DNA of 64,000 nt, taken from contig JARFYF010000017.1 of the NCBI GenBank assembly GCA_030265395.1, positions 34,342,229-34,406,228 of the forward strand, read 5' to 3'. Below, piece after piece: positions 13,147 to 25,783 of the stretch. The first letter of the stretch is position 1. Every line of letters starts with the position of its first letter. Below the pieces are notes generated by a model that worked only from the letters and a program-made list of their open reading frames with translations, was not told where the DNA came from and did not search any database. The position numbers and the translations under genes are program-made. This DNA comes from Rhina ancylostomus. Lineage: Eukaryota.

Positions 13147-14334
13147 CTTTGGGAGCATGTAAAACTGCTAAGTATATATAAAGGGTATTTGTAGGTAGAA
13201 GTCTATTGCTGGGAACACTAGCCAGGAAATTATGGCTTCAATGTTGACCTCTCTCTGACCCATGCTCTGTACAAATGTAGCCCCCCTAATCTCAGTGTGT
13301 GGAATTGCTCCCTTTAGTGTCATGGCACTTTGCAAAAAAAAAACCAAATCTACTTCTAATGTTGCCAATTATTAGAGCCAATTTATTAGCATGCTATCAC
13401 TGAGCAAATGGCAGTGAGAGGGTCAATATATTAACTTCTTTTGTGCCACTTCACAGACTTCAACTTGGCAATATTGCTGTGGATAAAGAGATGGTTGCCC
13501 CGAGCAGGGATTACACCATACTGTGCTTTAAGTAGAAACCATCATGAAGAGATCCAAGTGCCTGCTGGAACAGCAGTGTGGAATGAATGATGTTCACAGT
13601 CATCAGTAAAAAGAAGTTATCTTAAGACCGCACTGCAGCGGAAAACATTCAAGTACATAATGTTACGCAACCTCATGTCAACTTGTTGATATAATTCATC
13701 TTTAACTACTATGTAATTCTCTACATATTCATAATGTATGAATGAGTGAGAGTGCATGCCTGGTGTCTTGCTTGCCTTAGAGGGGAGCATTATTGGTCTA
13801 ACTTGTTGTACTAGCTAGTGTGATACCAGTCTGGCGGGCTCCAGGATTGATTCTGAATCTGTAATGAAATAGTGAATATCTGATAGAGAGCACGAGGAGC
13901 TACTATTGATATCCACACCACAGGATATGAATGGGATGAAACAAGGGATATAAAACTGGTGTATTCTTTGGGTGCTATGGATATCATTTAAGTCCAAAAT
14001 ATATAGACCACATGCACACAAATTTTGGCCATGAATCATCTTGATATTGGTGCTACATGTACACAGGCAACATCTCCTGTAAGTATGTGGAATAGGTAGA
14101 TCCTGGCAACTATTTAGGATGCAACACAGATTTAATACAAGTGCTCTTCGCTCCAAATCTTCATGCTTCAGCTTTATCCTTTAACTTTTCACAGCTCAAT
14201 ACATGGATAAGTATTCAAAAGACCTCAGTAGTAGGATAAAGGAAACCCCTGACCCTTTCAGCGAAATATTATTTAGATCATCAATTACAGGTTAGAGCTA
14301 CAGAAGACAGGGAAACAGAGCTAATGAATTTTCA

Positions 14335-14430
14335 TGTCTTCTCCACACAAATGCTGCCTGACCTGCTGAGCATCTCTGATTTTATTTTTAATTTCAGATT
14401 TGCAGTATCTGCAGGTTTTCTTTTTGATTT
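14335..14430 (+). mobile_element. Penelope-like terminal fragment
   Basis: CTCCACACAAATGCTGCCTGACCTGCTGAGCATCTC...TTTCAGATTTGCAGTATCTGCAGGTTTT. Confidence 0.7.
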
Positions 14431-14449
14431 TCATTTATAGATTAGATCC

Positions 14450-16900
14450 ATTTTGGCTGTTTCTACATCTCTAATGGTGCTTCATACTTCCCATAGTTGT
14501 TTCAACATCCAAAAGCCTTTTGGGAGTAGTGTAGCAGATTTGAGAGAAATGGTCCTCATTTCAAGGTTTATACATGGACCACTTGTTTCCCATAGATGAT
14601 GCATCAGCTGGCCTTCCAGTTGGAACAGGGTAGGCTACAGAACTAAGCCTGTCAAAGAAGCCATGATATTTCCAGCATCTCCTGCATCAAAGGCCACTTA
14701 TTTAAGGGAGATTGTTGAATATCTTCATTCAAAGAGAGTAAGTGGAGTAAGCACATCATTGACTGGACTGGAGGCTTCCCCTGGTGAAGGGCGCCAATGA
14801 TCAAATTCACACTGCTATGCAGGTGCTAGTGAACTCTGTCTTTATAGGAAAGAAAAGATTCCATTCCCTGCATGACCATGATTCACTATCTACAATCATG
14901 ACAGCTTCATTCTGTGGCAGCCTGTATGTGCGCTATCTCAGCCAAAGAGTTGCTACAAGATAACAAGAGCTATCCACTGAATAGTGGCTCATAATTCTAG
15001 TTCACATCTCACAGAGCCATGCAAGATGTAGTGATAGAAACTGTGCCGTCACACGAAGAAATGTTGCAGAATATAGACCACTGGAGTGCTGAAACAACAG
15101 TTCCGTGGGGGTGGAATCATTGTGCAGTACTTAGCTGAAGCAGATGGAAGAGCAGCTCCTATTTGCCCAGGTCGTTCACGAAGAACTAATCTGATTGAGA
15201 TACCAGATTAAATTCCCCATTGACCAGCATTCCCACAATCCTTACCTCCTTGTCATTAGCCATCAGGTCACAAAGTAAAAGTAAAGCCACCACAAAGTAA
15301 ATATTTCCAAAAATAAAAATTGAAATCATAATCCCTACAATTACCTACATACATTCCTTCAGCACATGCTTTTCATCTTCCTGTTTGAATGACCCTACAC
15401 TGTCCCACCCAGTGGCTGCAGCTGCCTGATTTCCAATGGAGAAAAGTACAAACTGGCTCTGTTTTTACATTCGGGGAAATAAAAGCTGGAAGAATGAACA
15501 GGGAGTGCTACTCTTTATCAAATGCAAACAAAGGATAAAACAGGACAGCAGTAATGGGAAGGGACTGACCTGAACAACTCAGGCTTGATTGGCAGAATGT
15601 ATTCTGTATCGATGCTTTAAAATCATACCTCAACACCCTGCTAGAATGAAATGACAATGTGTTTGAAGACACAGTGTAGGGTGAATGCATTCTCATCAGA
15701 CCAGATTTTGGTCTATTGCAAGCCTAACCCTGTCCCATCGTCTCTAATGAGTCAATCTGAGAAGGAACTGGAAAAGCAATTAACGATGAGTGTATGGGCC
15801 AGCACAATAGTGGCTCTGCCAAAAACAGACAGGAATCTGTGGTTGCATGGAAGTTACCAAATTAGATTAAATCATGAATAATACGCACAAAGTATTGACA
15901 GATTTAAGCAGAGAGCTTGCAGGAAAACCATGACCTTGGTCTGTCAGCTACACCTGGAAGATCTAAAACCCAGTGCTCAAGTCCAAGAGCACAAATATTT
16001 GTCACTTTAATTAGTTTTGTATCTGTTTGTGGGTTTGCACTGGCTTTCTTTCAAAGAGAAAATTAGCATCCAAAATGAATTATTTTGTGACACTATATCA
16101 GTTGCAAGTACTTTCTAGGCTGTTAGACGAGCACTTATTTGCATTAAAGTAATCTGGACAGAGCAAAAGTAGTCATAAAATGGGACCTCTTCCATGCCCA
16201 CAACAAATGAATTTGACAAAAGGTAGGCAGCAGTACCTGACCATCAATGCACACAGAGGACTATTCATACACAAGATTATCCAATGCAATTAATTCTTTG
16301 CTCAAGATTTTAATGATTGATAAAATCCCAAAAGGAATGAAACATAGTTTGTGTAACCAAGATAATCTGTTGATTGCCATAAGAACAGAGGTAATGCTCT
16401 GGGGATAACATGAGCACAATGTGAAGTTAAAGTGAAACAAATGCAATATTTTTCCAATGAGCTAATGTACCTTTGTTTGAAGGTAAATGCCAGTGGCCTA
16501 CATACATCATGGAAGAAGTAGAAGCCATTGCAGACGTATCATAGGTTGGAAATATAACAGACATTTACCATGCATTTCTTGCAACAGTGCTCACAATATT
16601 GCATCACTTTGTGAAAAGGAACACGGAGCAAGGAGCAATAAAGTATATATGCATGAAAAGCTTAGAAATGAGGTTCTCCTTGTTTGATAAAATTGTACAC
16701 ACAAGTTGAAGTTGGCAATGGATTGATCAAGTTATGGTGAAGACACAGTGATGCTGCAAGAATAAAGAACCAGTTTATGCACTCTCACAAAAGAGCAGTA
16801 CAACAATTCATAAACTGAGATGGAAGCACTTCGAATAGTGTTTGGTATCAAGAAATTCTATCAGTTTTTAACCAAGATAATAATTTACCCTGGTAAGCCA
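14450..16900 (+). mobile_element. Decayed Gypsy LTR-retrotransposon internal region (RT and RNase H clear; gag/protease weak)
   Basis: ORF 15651-15881 contains YCKPNPVPSSL..EKELEK..WASTIVALPKTDRNLWLHGSYQIRLN (RT N-terminus). TINAHRGLF occurs near 16240 and LTKEQYNNS*TEMEALRIVFGIKKFYQFL near 16785-16870 (RNase H). Many stops and frameshifts; no LTR securely identified. Confidence 0.8.
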
Positions 16901-17049
16901 GTACAATAGATATTGGGTTCTATATCAACAGTACCCAGTAAAGTAAACTATATTTGTTTATTTATTTATTTTTCTTGGTGTCACTAGAAAGGCCGGTAAT
17001 TTCCAATTGTACAATAAATTTTCCAGTGAACTCAGGGAGCAGCAAATAT

Positions 17050-17259
17050 ATAAACACTTAGGACCCTGGTTCTGGCTGCAAACCTACCTGTGTTTCTGAT
17101 CCCTGATGTTCTGGACCCCAAACCCTGCTCCAGCTGCATACTTTTCCCCCAGTCTGAATCCCAGCCCATGGCTCGCATCCTGGACCAAGAACTGAGCCAG
17201 ATGCCGGACCATCGGGATTTCTGAACAATCATTTACCGGGTTATTGGTGTTTTACTGTA
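17050..17259. mobile_element. Probable Tc1/pogo (Tigger-like) MITE right end
   Basis: GC-richer segment ending CCGGGTTATTGGTGTTTTACTG followed by TA, i.e. a CAGTAAAA-type terminal inverted repeat with a TA target. Left TIR not securely found. Confidence 0.45.
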
Positions 17260-17869
17260 TTTGGTGGTTTAAAGACTATCCAGGTTATAAATAATACAAG
17301 TAACTGTTTGTCCAAGAGCCTAGAAAGTACTTACAATTAAGAAAATGTCACAAAATTGATTATTTTCTCCTTGAATAAACCAGTAGAAACCTTCAAACTG
17401 ACACAAAGCTAAGTAGTGACAAAATATTTTTGCAGTTGGACTTAAGAATCTGAGTATTTATTAAATCTGCCAGAACCAAAATTAACTGGTGCAAAGGATA
17501 ATGTATGACTGCCATTTTTCATTTGTTTTTTTTTGAAAAAGAGATGCTTATTTATAAATAGCTTATGACTCCGTGAATGCTGGCCACTGTGGGAAAGCTT
17601 TGAGAGTACCAGCAGTTTATGCAAATGTGATGGTCGTTTGTAGCAAGCTGTAACCCATCTTCATTTATCTCCCATACAATCACCCTTTCTATAAAGCTCG
17701 TTAGATGGTGATCACAAGCAGCAAAGCTGGTAAAGGCTAGTTGAGATCAACTCAGGTTTGGCAGAGATCAAGGCCCTAATCTGAGAATCTCACATCAAGC
17801 CAGGAGAGAAGCCTGGTTTTGGATTAAGTCTCGATGAATGGGAGAACCAAAAATAATTTACATATTGTA

Positions 17870-18170
17870 TTGTTTCATAGACAGCAATATGGCAAATGGG
17901 AGGAGGTATTGCCTGGGGATAAATATTGTTTGGGGAAATAGAGGGAACTCATTTGCTCTTATTTAAAATACTGATACAAGGTATTCCAGATTCAATTAGG
18001 ATGATAGGTAGGATTGTATTTAATATATCTTTTCTGAAAGATGGCTCCTCTGACACTCCATCAGTATTGTATTTATGTTTTAAATCAGATCATCTCAAGT
18101 ACCTGGGAAGGGACTTGATCCCAGGGGAGGAAATAAGAGCAGAAATGCTCACCAAGCTGAGCAGCATCTG
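17870..18170 (-). mobile_element. Degenerate DeuSINE (SacSINE1-like)
   Basis: Plus strand GGGATAAATATTG...GGGAACTC..GCTCTT..AAAATA...CTGAAAGATGGCTCCTCTGACA...GGGACTTGATCCC; homologous to 38170-38310; B-box-like GGATCAAGTCCC on minus strand. Confidence 0.6.
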
Positions 18171-19680
18171 NNNNNNNNNNNNNNNNNNNNNNNNNNNNNN
18201 NNNNNNNNNNNNNNNNNNNNNNNNGGAGAAGTTGTGGGTTATTACAAGGTTATGGTTCTGGATGACACAATATACCTCCTTTCTTTGTTCAATTAGATTT
18301 TACATCTGTTGGTGAGATATTTAAAAACACCAGGCAGAAGGCCAAGCAGCTGATGTAACAATCAAATCTCCACTTAGAAGTTATAATTACACTTAGGCAA
18401 TTTGTTCATTTTATATCACATCTGTATAATTTGCATTTTCCAATTAATCTTATATAAATTGTATATCAAGGATATTGACTAATTGTTAATTTTAATGGCA
18501 CATTATTGATGAAGAATAGTATTGCTGCTTCAGCTAGGTATACTGTTGCTTTATCATGTGATACTTTGTTCTGAGGCTAACAGTCAAGGCTGGTTGGATT
18601 TAAATAAACTCCCCCTTTTAATGTGTAACACAGAGTGGCACTGTTTAATGTTTGCATATTTAACTCACTGAGCAATTAAACCAGTGTAAGCTAAATAAAG
18701 CCCAAACCACATGAAGAAAGCCCACATTGCAGGCTTTGTAAAGACAGGCACAGAGACAACACAAGCTCAGTCCAAATGATCAGATTACTTCAAATAACAT
18801 TTAACACTCATGTAACACATGGTCCTCAAACCTATTTTATTAAAAGTCTTACGGGTGTTTTTTCAGTTTTGGCATAAATACAGTGATACTGAATTACACC
18901 ATATGCTGACTTGGCTCACTTGATTTTTTGAAAAAAGAATAGCAAAGCATGGGCAACCTTCCCGTTGCTAGGACCACTCTCACTGTTTGGGCATTAACAT
19001 GCTATCTGGAGCCAAGCGGGGAAATATCTTGGTCTATAACACAACTATCCTCTCCAGGTGCCATGGGAGAGACAGAATAGCCGGTCATTCATTGGAATCT
19101 ATGTACTACAAACCAGTGTAGGTCAGGAAGCAAACTACCATGCCTCCAACCTACCAAGTCTGCTGCAGTGGGTGGACTCGTTGATTTCCATCATCAGACA
19201 TGCCATACAGGAACCACTTGAAATACAGAAGTCACTCATTTCCACCACCTCCACCTCCCCAGGTAGAATGATGAGTAATTGGTCAATAGACACCAAGCAA
19301 ACATCAGTCAAGGTCCTCATGACAAGGGTAGCAGGTAATGAAACTTCAGCTTTAGGTGACTGAAGCCTAAAGCAGCACTATGTTCATGGAGTGTGGTTCA
19401 TTGACTGGGGCAACAGTTTCAATTTGCCTCTCTCCAAAATTAAAAATTAAAACATTGGCCGTGTCATATGCCTTACAAAACTGGCACAAAACCAGCAATG
19501 GAAATTCATGACTGATATTAATTGCACTGAGTTGCATAAAATTGGGAATCAATGCTCACATTTACGAGAATCATGACTAGGAAAAATGCAGAGGTTAAAA
19601 AACGGTGTTCATCCATTACACTTGGCTCCAAGTATAGATGAAGAATAAACATTGGGTCGTCAATTAAATATTGAATTTCT

Positions 19681-19835
19681 TTTAGTGTCTTTGGTGGTAG
19701 TNNNNNNNNNNNNNNNNNNNNNNNNNACTACACCAGGAGTGACCAAACACCTGCACATCTTTCACATTTACTGACATCACACATATGATGTCAGTACATC
19801 AGATGCAAGCAACTTACTGCAAACAAATCACCACT
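19681..19835 (-). repeat. 3' LTR of the minus-strand Gypsy element
   Basis: Preceded on minus by purine tract AATGAGGGAAAGCAG (19836-19850). Shares CTCCTGGTG(A)TAGT and the end ACTACCACCAAAGACACTAAA vs ACTGCTTCCCAAATACACTACA with the 5' LTR. Contains a 25-base N gap. Confidence 0.6.
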
Positions 19836-21124
19836 CTGCTTTCCCTCATTAGATGAGGGAGCTTCTCATGAATGGAACAGTTATCAGTTATCCATTGGCT
19901 GGCTTTCTCTTGACTACGTTTATATCCTTGGCTTAGTCATTTCTTGATCTGATGAATGTGTGACATCCTGAAATATCGCAATGTCGACTTGTACCTTCTC
20001 TTTAGTTCATTCTATCTTATTCCTGGAATAAATAGTCATATTTCTTCAATATAATTGACAGGCCTCTCCCTGCAATCATTTGGCATTGTGGACACCAATT
20101 TTTCCTTTAAAATGAGTAAGATATTATTTAGTAGACTTGTATTGCCTCACCCATATCCCACTTTTGCACATATTTATTCATTGATCTTAGTACTTTTACT
20201 TTATTACTTTTTTATATGAACCATTTCCATTTGCCTCTTCTCATTAGGATGTTAATCATAATTTTGCTTTACTGTCAGTTGCTGGCTCTTCAGTCTCCTA
20301 GCTGGGCTGAAGAAAGTTCAAGTGCGTTTGAAGTCTGCTACACAGCTGTGTTGGGGTGAATCTGGCTTTGTGTGATATTAGATAATAAGTCAGCTAAATA
20401 ATGAATTTAAGCACTCTTGGAAAACTTCAAGGCTTCCTTAATAATTTGCATATACTTTTCAGTTGCACCATTAGGGACTGAATGTGGCAGGAATTAATGA
20501 ATACTTGATGCCATTTTATTGCATGAAGCCACCAAAAAAAGGTATAATGCTCAATGAAGAGATCTGTTTCCTCACAGTAGCTCTTCATGTATACCATGGA
20601 TTGCAAAAAATCTCAGCTCCTCAGTGGCACACCCTGCTGTTGTCACAATCCTGCACTCAACTTCAATCCATTAGCATTGATAAGAACTAAAAGGTTGATT
20701 TTGCCTTTCTGATAAGACAAAAATGACATGCAGTCACTGAAGTGGCTGCATTGCCTACCTCCATGTCTGTAGGTTTATCTTTGTAGTTTTCTTCTGGACT
20801 TTTGATCTGGTGACACTAAAAGTTCTTGATCTTTGTCAATCCAGGCCAATATACAAAGCTTCTGGCAATAGCTTTAATATTGCCACTGCTGGTATGTTTT
20901 GAATGAAATTAGTGGAAGTTTCATTTTCTGAGGACATTGGGGATGGCTATTCTACGTCCCCATATTAAATGGCCTTGATCAAAGGTCAATTCAATTCTTC
21001 TGTTATAAAGTGGTTACAATGCACTCAGACTCTAACGAAAACTAATATAATCTTTGAGAGTGTGCTCACAGACTCATTTCAGAAGCACATCTTTGTGTTA
21101 CCTCAGCATTTTTTGTAGCTGTTT

Positions 21125-21840
21125 CTGTAAATGGCAGGAACTTTAGGAGTGCTGATGTACAGAGAGACCTTGGGGTACAAGTCCGTAGCTCCCTGAAAGT
21201 GGCAACACAGGTGTATAGAGTGATGAAAAAAACAATTGGTATGCTTGCCTTCCTAGGCTGAGACATTGAGTAAAAGAGTTGGGATGTCATGTTGCAGTTG
21301 AACAAAATATTGGTTGGACTGCACTTCAGAGTATTTTGTACAATTCTGGCCATCACACTACAGGTAGATTGTGGTAGCAATAGAGAGAATGCAGAAGAGA
21401 TTCACCAGGATGTTGCCTAGAATGGAGGCCTGTAATTACAAGGAGAGATAGGAAAAGCTGGGTTTATTCTCACTGGAATGTAGGAGGCTGAGGGGCAACC
21501 TTAGAGGCTTACAAAACTATGAGGGGCATTCATAGGATAGGTAGTCAGAATTTTTTTCCTAGGGTAAGATTGTTTAGAACAAGAGGGCACAGGTTCAAGG
21601 TGAGAAGGGAGAAATTTAAAAGGAGATCCAAGGAATATGTTTTTCCACACAGAAGGTGGTGAATATTTGTAACATATCAGAGAAGACAGTGGATGCAGAC
21701 TTAAAGGGCATTTGGAGAGATACTTGGATAGGAAAGTAGAAGGATACTGGCCTAAACCAGGCAAATGGGATTAGCATGGATAGGCCTCACAGTTAGCATG
21801 GATAAGGTTGGCCCATTTCTGTGGTGTACAATTCAGTGAT
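21125..21840 (+). mobile_element. 5'-truncated CR1/HER1-type LINE (ORF2 C-terminus and 3' UTR) nested in the Gypsy element
   Basis: Translates NGRNFRSADVQRDLGVQVRSSLKVATQVYRVMKKTIGMLAF...KSWDVMLQL, then ERMQKRFTRMLPRME; tail GCATGGATAAGGTTGGCCCATTTCTGTGGTGTACAATTC. Confidence 0.92.
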
Positions 21841-23469
21841 TTTTTGGATGTCATCATCCACTAGTTGCAAGCAGCATGTTCTCAGCACAGAGGTCAAATC
21901 TTCATGATACTCTGGACAAAATTATTTGTATGAACGATCGATTTCTAGGTTTTTTTTAGCCATTCCTTAAACAGCAAAGTCCATCAATTTGCATTGTCAG
22001 CTACAACTTTTGCCACTGCTGGTCATTGGCCATCATAACACACGACATTGTACCCTCTACTTCAGGGTATGCCTTAAGATTAATTGCACTTGATGTGGAT
22101 GGCTGAATTTATATCTCTACCCACGATTAAACATGCTGCTGTATTCATAGTCATTTCCACTGATTAAACTACACTTTTATCTTGCAATTTTGCTCTTTCC
22201 TGCCATTTCCACTGGTATCATGGATGTAATGCAGGAGAATTCTATACCATATATTTCAGCATCTATGTTATGCAGATTTCCTTTGTCTTTTCCCTGATGT
22301 ACAAATTGCCATTTTGTGCAGGGAATGCATTGCTCACTTTTTTCTGCTTACTTGCTCTGGGTTTGGATTTACATGCTGTTACCATATTTTCCTTCTGAGT
22401 CAACAGTTAGCCCCCTGATANNNNNNNNNNNNNNNNNNNNNNNNNNNNNNNNNNNNNNNNNNNNNNNNNNNNNNNNNNNNNNNNNNNNNNNNNNNNNNNN
22501 NNNNNNNNNNNNNNNNNNNNACAGACTTGCAGTGAATTTCTGCCTCTGCATCAGCAAGAATTTGCATCAATGCATGCAAGCGGTGCTGACCTTGTTTCAA
22601 CGATGGAGCTTTTGCTTCTAGCTTCTCACTATAAACTACTGTCATATTTGTGCTTGGTGATGGATGAAATTCCTTGGAATTTTTCATTGCCATTTCCACT
22701 TAAGTTGCAATTTTGCAAGCCAGGTCAAATGCAAGACACTGCATACTTAGCAATTTGGACTGAATCCATTCATCTTTTAAGCCTTAGTAAATCCTTTACT
22801 GCAACAATATGGTTGCAGACTGTTTTTCCCATTCTTTGATCCCCTGTGGCAAACTTGTAACTCTGTTAGTTGAAATGGTTGTGGATTGAAATAATTCTCC
22901 AATTCATGCACCACTTCTATGGATGGAACATCACTGACTTTCTGTAGGGCAAGCAGTTTATTAAGGTATCAGATACAAGGTGCGCTAACACTATTCCAGC
23001 TGGATTTGGTACTTGCTCATTTGTGACATGATTACCTAATGAGATTTTTAGCTGTACATAACATTTAAATTCTCTGCATAAACACAAGTACTTACATGGT
23101 TGATTGTATACCCCTGTGGTACTTATGTATTCTATTTGTGCTTGAGCCAATAACTTCTGTTCACTGCACAAACTATGACTTTGTTTCTCTACAGATTTCT
23201 CCACACCACACTCAGTTCTCCTGTGTCTTGAATTTTCTTTATTGAGCATCTCTCTCAGTACACATTACTATCTTTTTAATGTTTAAAAAAATCCCCACAC
23301 CCTGCACAATTTTATTGACTCAGTGCACCCAGGAAAACTGCAATCTGCTCTGTTGTCTCTTCCCCAACCATAGAATTAATGTCCTGCAGTCAATACCATT
23401 GATACATTGGTCATTGCAGATCAAAGAGATTTTATCTCCTAAAGCTGATTTACTTCAATTGCATAGACA

Positions 23470-23482
23470 ATCCTCATCACCA
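23470..23482 (-). promoter_or_regulatory. Primer-binding site, tRNA-Ser(GCT)-type, CpG-decayed
   Basis: TGGTGATGAGGAT begins 2 nt after the LTR end TACACTACA. It equals TGGCGACGAGGAT with two CpG>TpG changes. Confidence 0.7.
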
Positions 23483-23484
23483 GT

Positions 23485-23651
23485 TGTAGTGTATTTGGGA
23501 AGCAGTGGTGAATCAGTCTTGTAAGACTAATAGGTACTATCACCAGGAGACACCTGGAACTACATAATGTGTATACAATCTACATCATGCGAACAACTTC
23601 CATGTGTGCTTATGTCACAAGGTCACATGACTCAACTACAAATATACCACA
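23485..23651 (-). repeat. 5' LTR of the minus-strand Gypsy element
   Basis: Begins TGTGGTATA, ends TACACTACA (TG...CA with imperfect terminal inverted repeat), followed by the PBS. Confidence 0.7.
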
Positions 23652-25636
23652 TACAAGAATGATTCATTAATTTTGTACCAACATAAAATAATGTAGAGTT
23701 CTAATTAAGCAGTGTTAATCACAGTTATTGTTGGAATCAACTTGTGAGCTTATCACTGGAGAGAGTTATGATTGAATTGAGGGGCACAAAAGGAAGATAC
23801 CAAACATTGTGAAGAGTACCACGAACAATTAATTTCATTTTCTACCAGTTGTCTATTCCAGAAATTTGATGAGGCGGTAGTAACCCCAATGCAATTCCAT
23901 GACATGAGTGCATGAGATAGCAACATTCCTTTTGTAGCATTATGGGAAACTGTTATTGGATCATGCTATTCTGTTAGCAACAATCTTCCAACACTCCTGG
24001 AGCAAATCGCTCCAGTCCCCACCCTCTGCTCCTGCTGATTGGGATACTCTGATCTCTTGAAGTTGCTAGGCCCAGGCCCAATCCTTGATTCAGTGAATCA
24101 GGCTCCAGTGGCCTGATTTCTAAAACCATCTCTGCCCCCACCATGCCCCCCTCTCATTCCCACCACTGACCCTTGACCACCATTAAACCCATCCTCTTCC
24201 CCTATCATCAGTCAGTCTCTCTTTACTTATCCATGACTCAAGGTGCAGGTCAAAACCCTCTTTCCAGCCTTTCCCCTCCCCTGGCCACAGCACAAATCCA
24301 AACCCCTGCCCTCCTCCCCCAGGGCAAAGCAGATCTTCTGCTTGAGCTTGTAGCTGCCAACCTTCCCAACTCAAGCCTGATTCCTGAGTGGCTCATTTTC
24401 AATTTTAAAAATATGCCCACTAATGATTAAGTGTTGCACAACTGAAGTTTATAATAGGGAGGTCAATGTTGGAACAGTGTTTGAAAGCCCACTGCAATAC
24501 ACCTAATCAGCATACCCTTTCAGTGAGAGGGGAGATAGCAGGATTTCATTCCCATTTTGTGGTAGTCAGAGGTCAAGTTTGTCCCATAGAACCCTCCATT
24601 CACAATGAACCATAATCAGGCTTTACTCATCTGCTATGGGTTGTGGTTAAAAATCATAGCAATTGCAGCAAGAATAACAGCACAGAAGGTCATGCAGTCA
24701 AAGATGATGGAAACATGGATGAAGTCAAAAATAGAAAGCATCAGAAAATGAATTATAGATAAAGAGAAATATCCAGGCAGGAGGAATTACAAAAGGAATA
24801 AAGAACAGGAAGGGAAAGATGGATGAATGAAGTCAAATGGAAAGGTGCAGGAAGCATTAAAGAGTGGGAGGAAAATATCACAAAGAGAAAATTTTATTAA
24901 AAACTTTTTATTGACAAATGCCACTGGAGAACAATTAATAATATTAAAATCCTGATAAAACTCTGGTTCCCAAGGCACTCTGTAATGACAGGTAAATGAA
25001 GTCACAGTAAAATGCAGAAACTGATCTTTAACTTCCCTGCCAAGTGTGTATTTTCATACAGTAGAAGTTAAATATGAAATCATGTCATTAAGTTCTGCAC
25101 AATACAGTGGTCACATTGAAATGATACGTGTTCAACTGCAAGCATTTGAGATACTAATGTTATCCTAAACTAATCCAGCTTTATGTTGCTCCAGAAAAAC
25201 TATTTTGTGAAAATGATGCAAATGTGTTTCTGGTTAGGATACACGCATAATTTTGTGATATTTTCCCCCACCCCCCCCCCCAAATACTCGAAACTTTGTA
25301 GACACAAGCTCTAAACAGGGCAGAGGTTATTAGAAGCAGTGTGAGTGTAATATGGATTATGTTTAAAAGTAATAAAAACGAGACCAGTTGGTTACGTGAA
25401 ATATTTGTCGGTGGATTCCTGAGTGCAACTTTCTTTCATGTGCAAACTGTATTAAATGAAGCATTTAATTCAACAAATCCAGAGATCTGATCCACCAGAA
25501 ATAGAGACTGGGTTAGTTCAATTTGTAACAAACGATCTCCAGATGATCAAAGTTCTAAGAGATGGTTCCAACATACTGCTTAAATTAGTCTAACACCGCC
25601 GTGTTTGGCAGTGGTACAATATTTGGAATGTCTTAC

Positions 25637-25783
25637 CAGAAGAAAAATTCCTTAGCACACATGGTTCCAATATCTGGGAATACCAGGCTAACTTTTTAAT
25701 GGTCTGACAGGGCATATTGGCGCTAACTTTCTTGACTGCGAGTTCTTGTGCTGTCACCCACAAACCAGGTTGAGAATTTCTCT
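25637..25783 (-). CDS. Candidate internal coding exon (RNSQPGLWVTAQELAVKKVSANMPCQTIKKLAWYSQILEPCVLRNFSS)
   Basis: Acceptor gtgtgtttttaag|, donor CTG|gtaaga, 147 nt, phase 1 to 1. The other two frames are closed. Confidence 0.4.

Larger units (their letters stand above)
19681..23651 (-). mobile_element. Decayed Gypsy LTR retrotransposon with both LTRs; RT/RNase H missing
   Basis: In minus-strand order: LTR, PBS, gag (DEWIQSKLLSMQCLAFDLACKIAT*VEMAMK, ~22670-22790), protease-like (LLFKEWLKK, ~21950), integrase Zn-binding (GHLIWGRRIAIPNVLRK..H..H....IKAIARSFVYWPGL, ~20835-20980), integrase core (FFAIHGIHEELL..NGIKY..NGATEKYMQIIKEALK, ~20425-20620), PPT, LTR. Confidence 0.85.

Noticed and set aside
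13661-13845. TG...CA segment followed by TGGCG as a 5' LTR/PBS for the 14450-16900 Gypsy
   Set aside because: No second LTR to confirm it, and the PBS match is only about 5 nt.
17335-17397. Small minus-strand exon candidate (FEGFYWFIQGENNQFCDIFLI) with a gtaagt donor
   Set aside because: Does not supply the missing phase 1>2 link; short enough to occur by chance.
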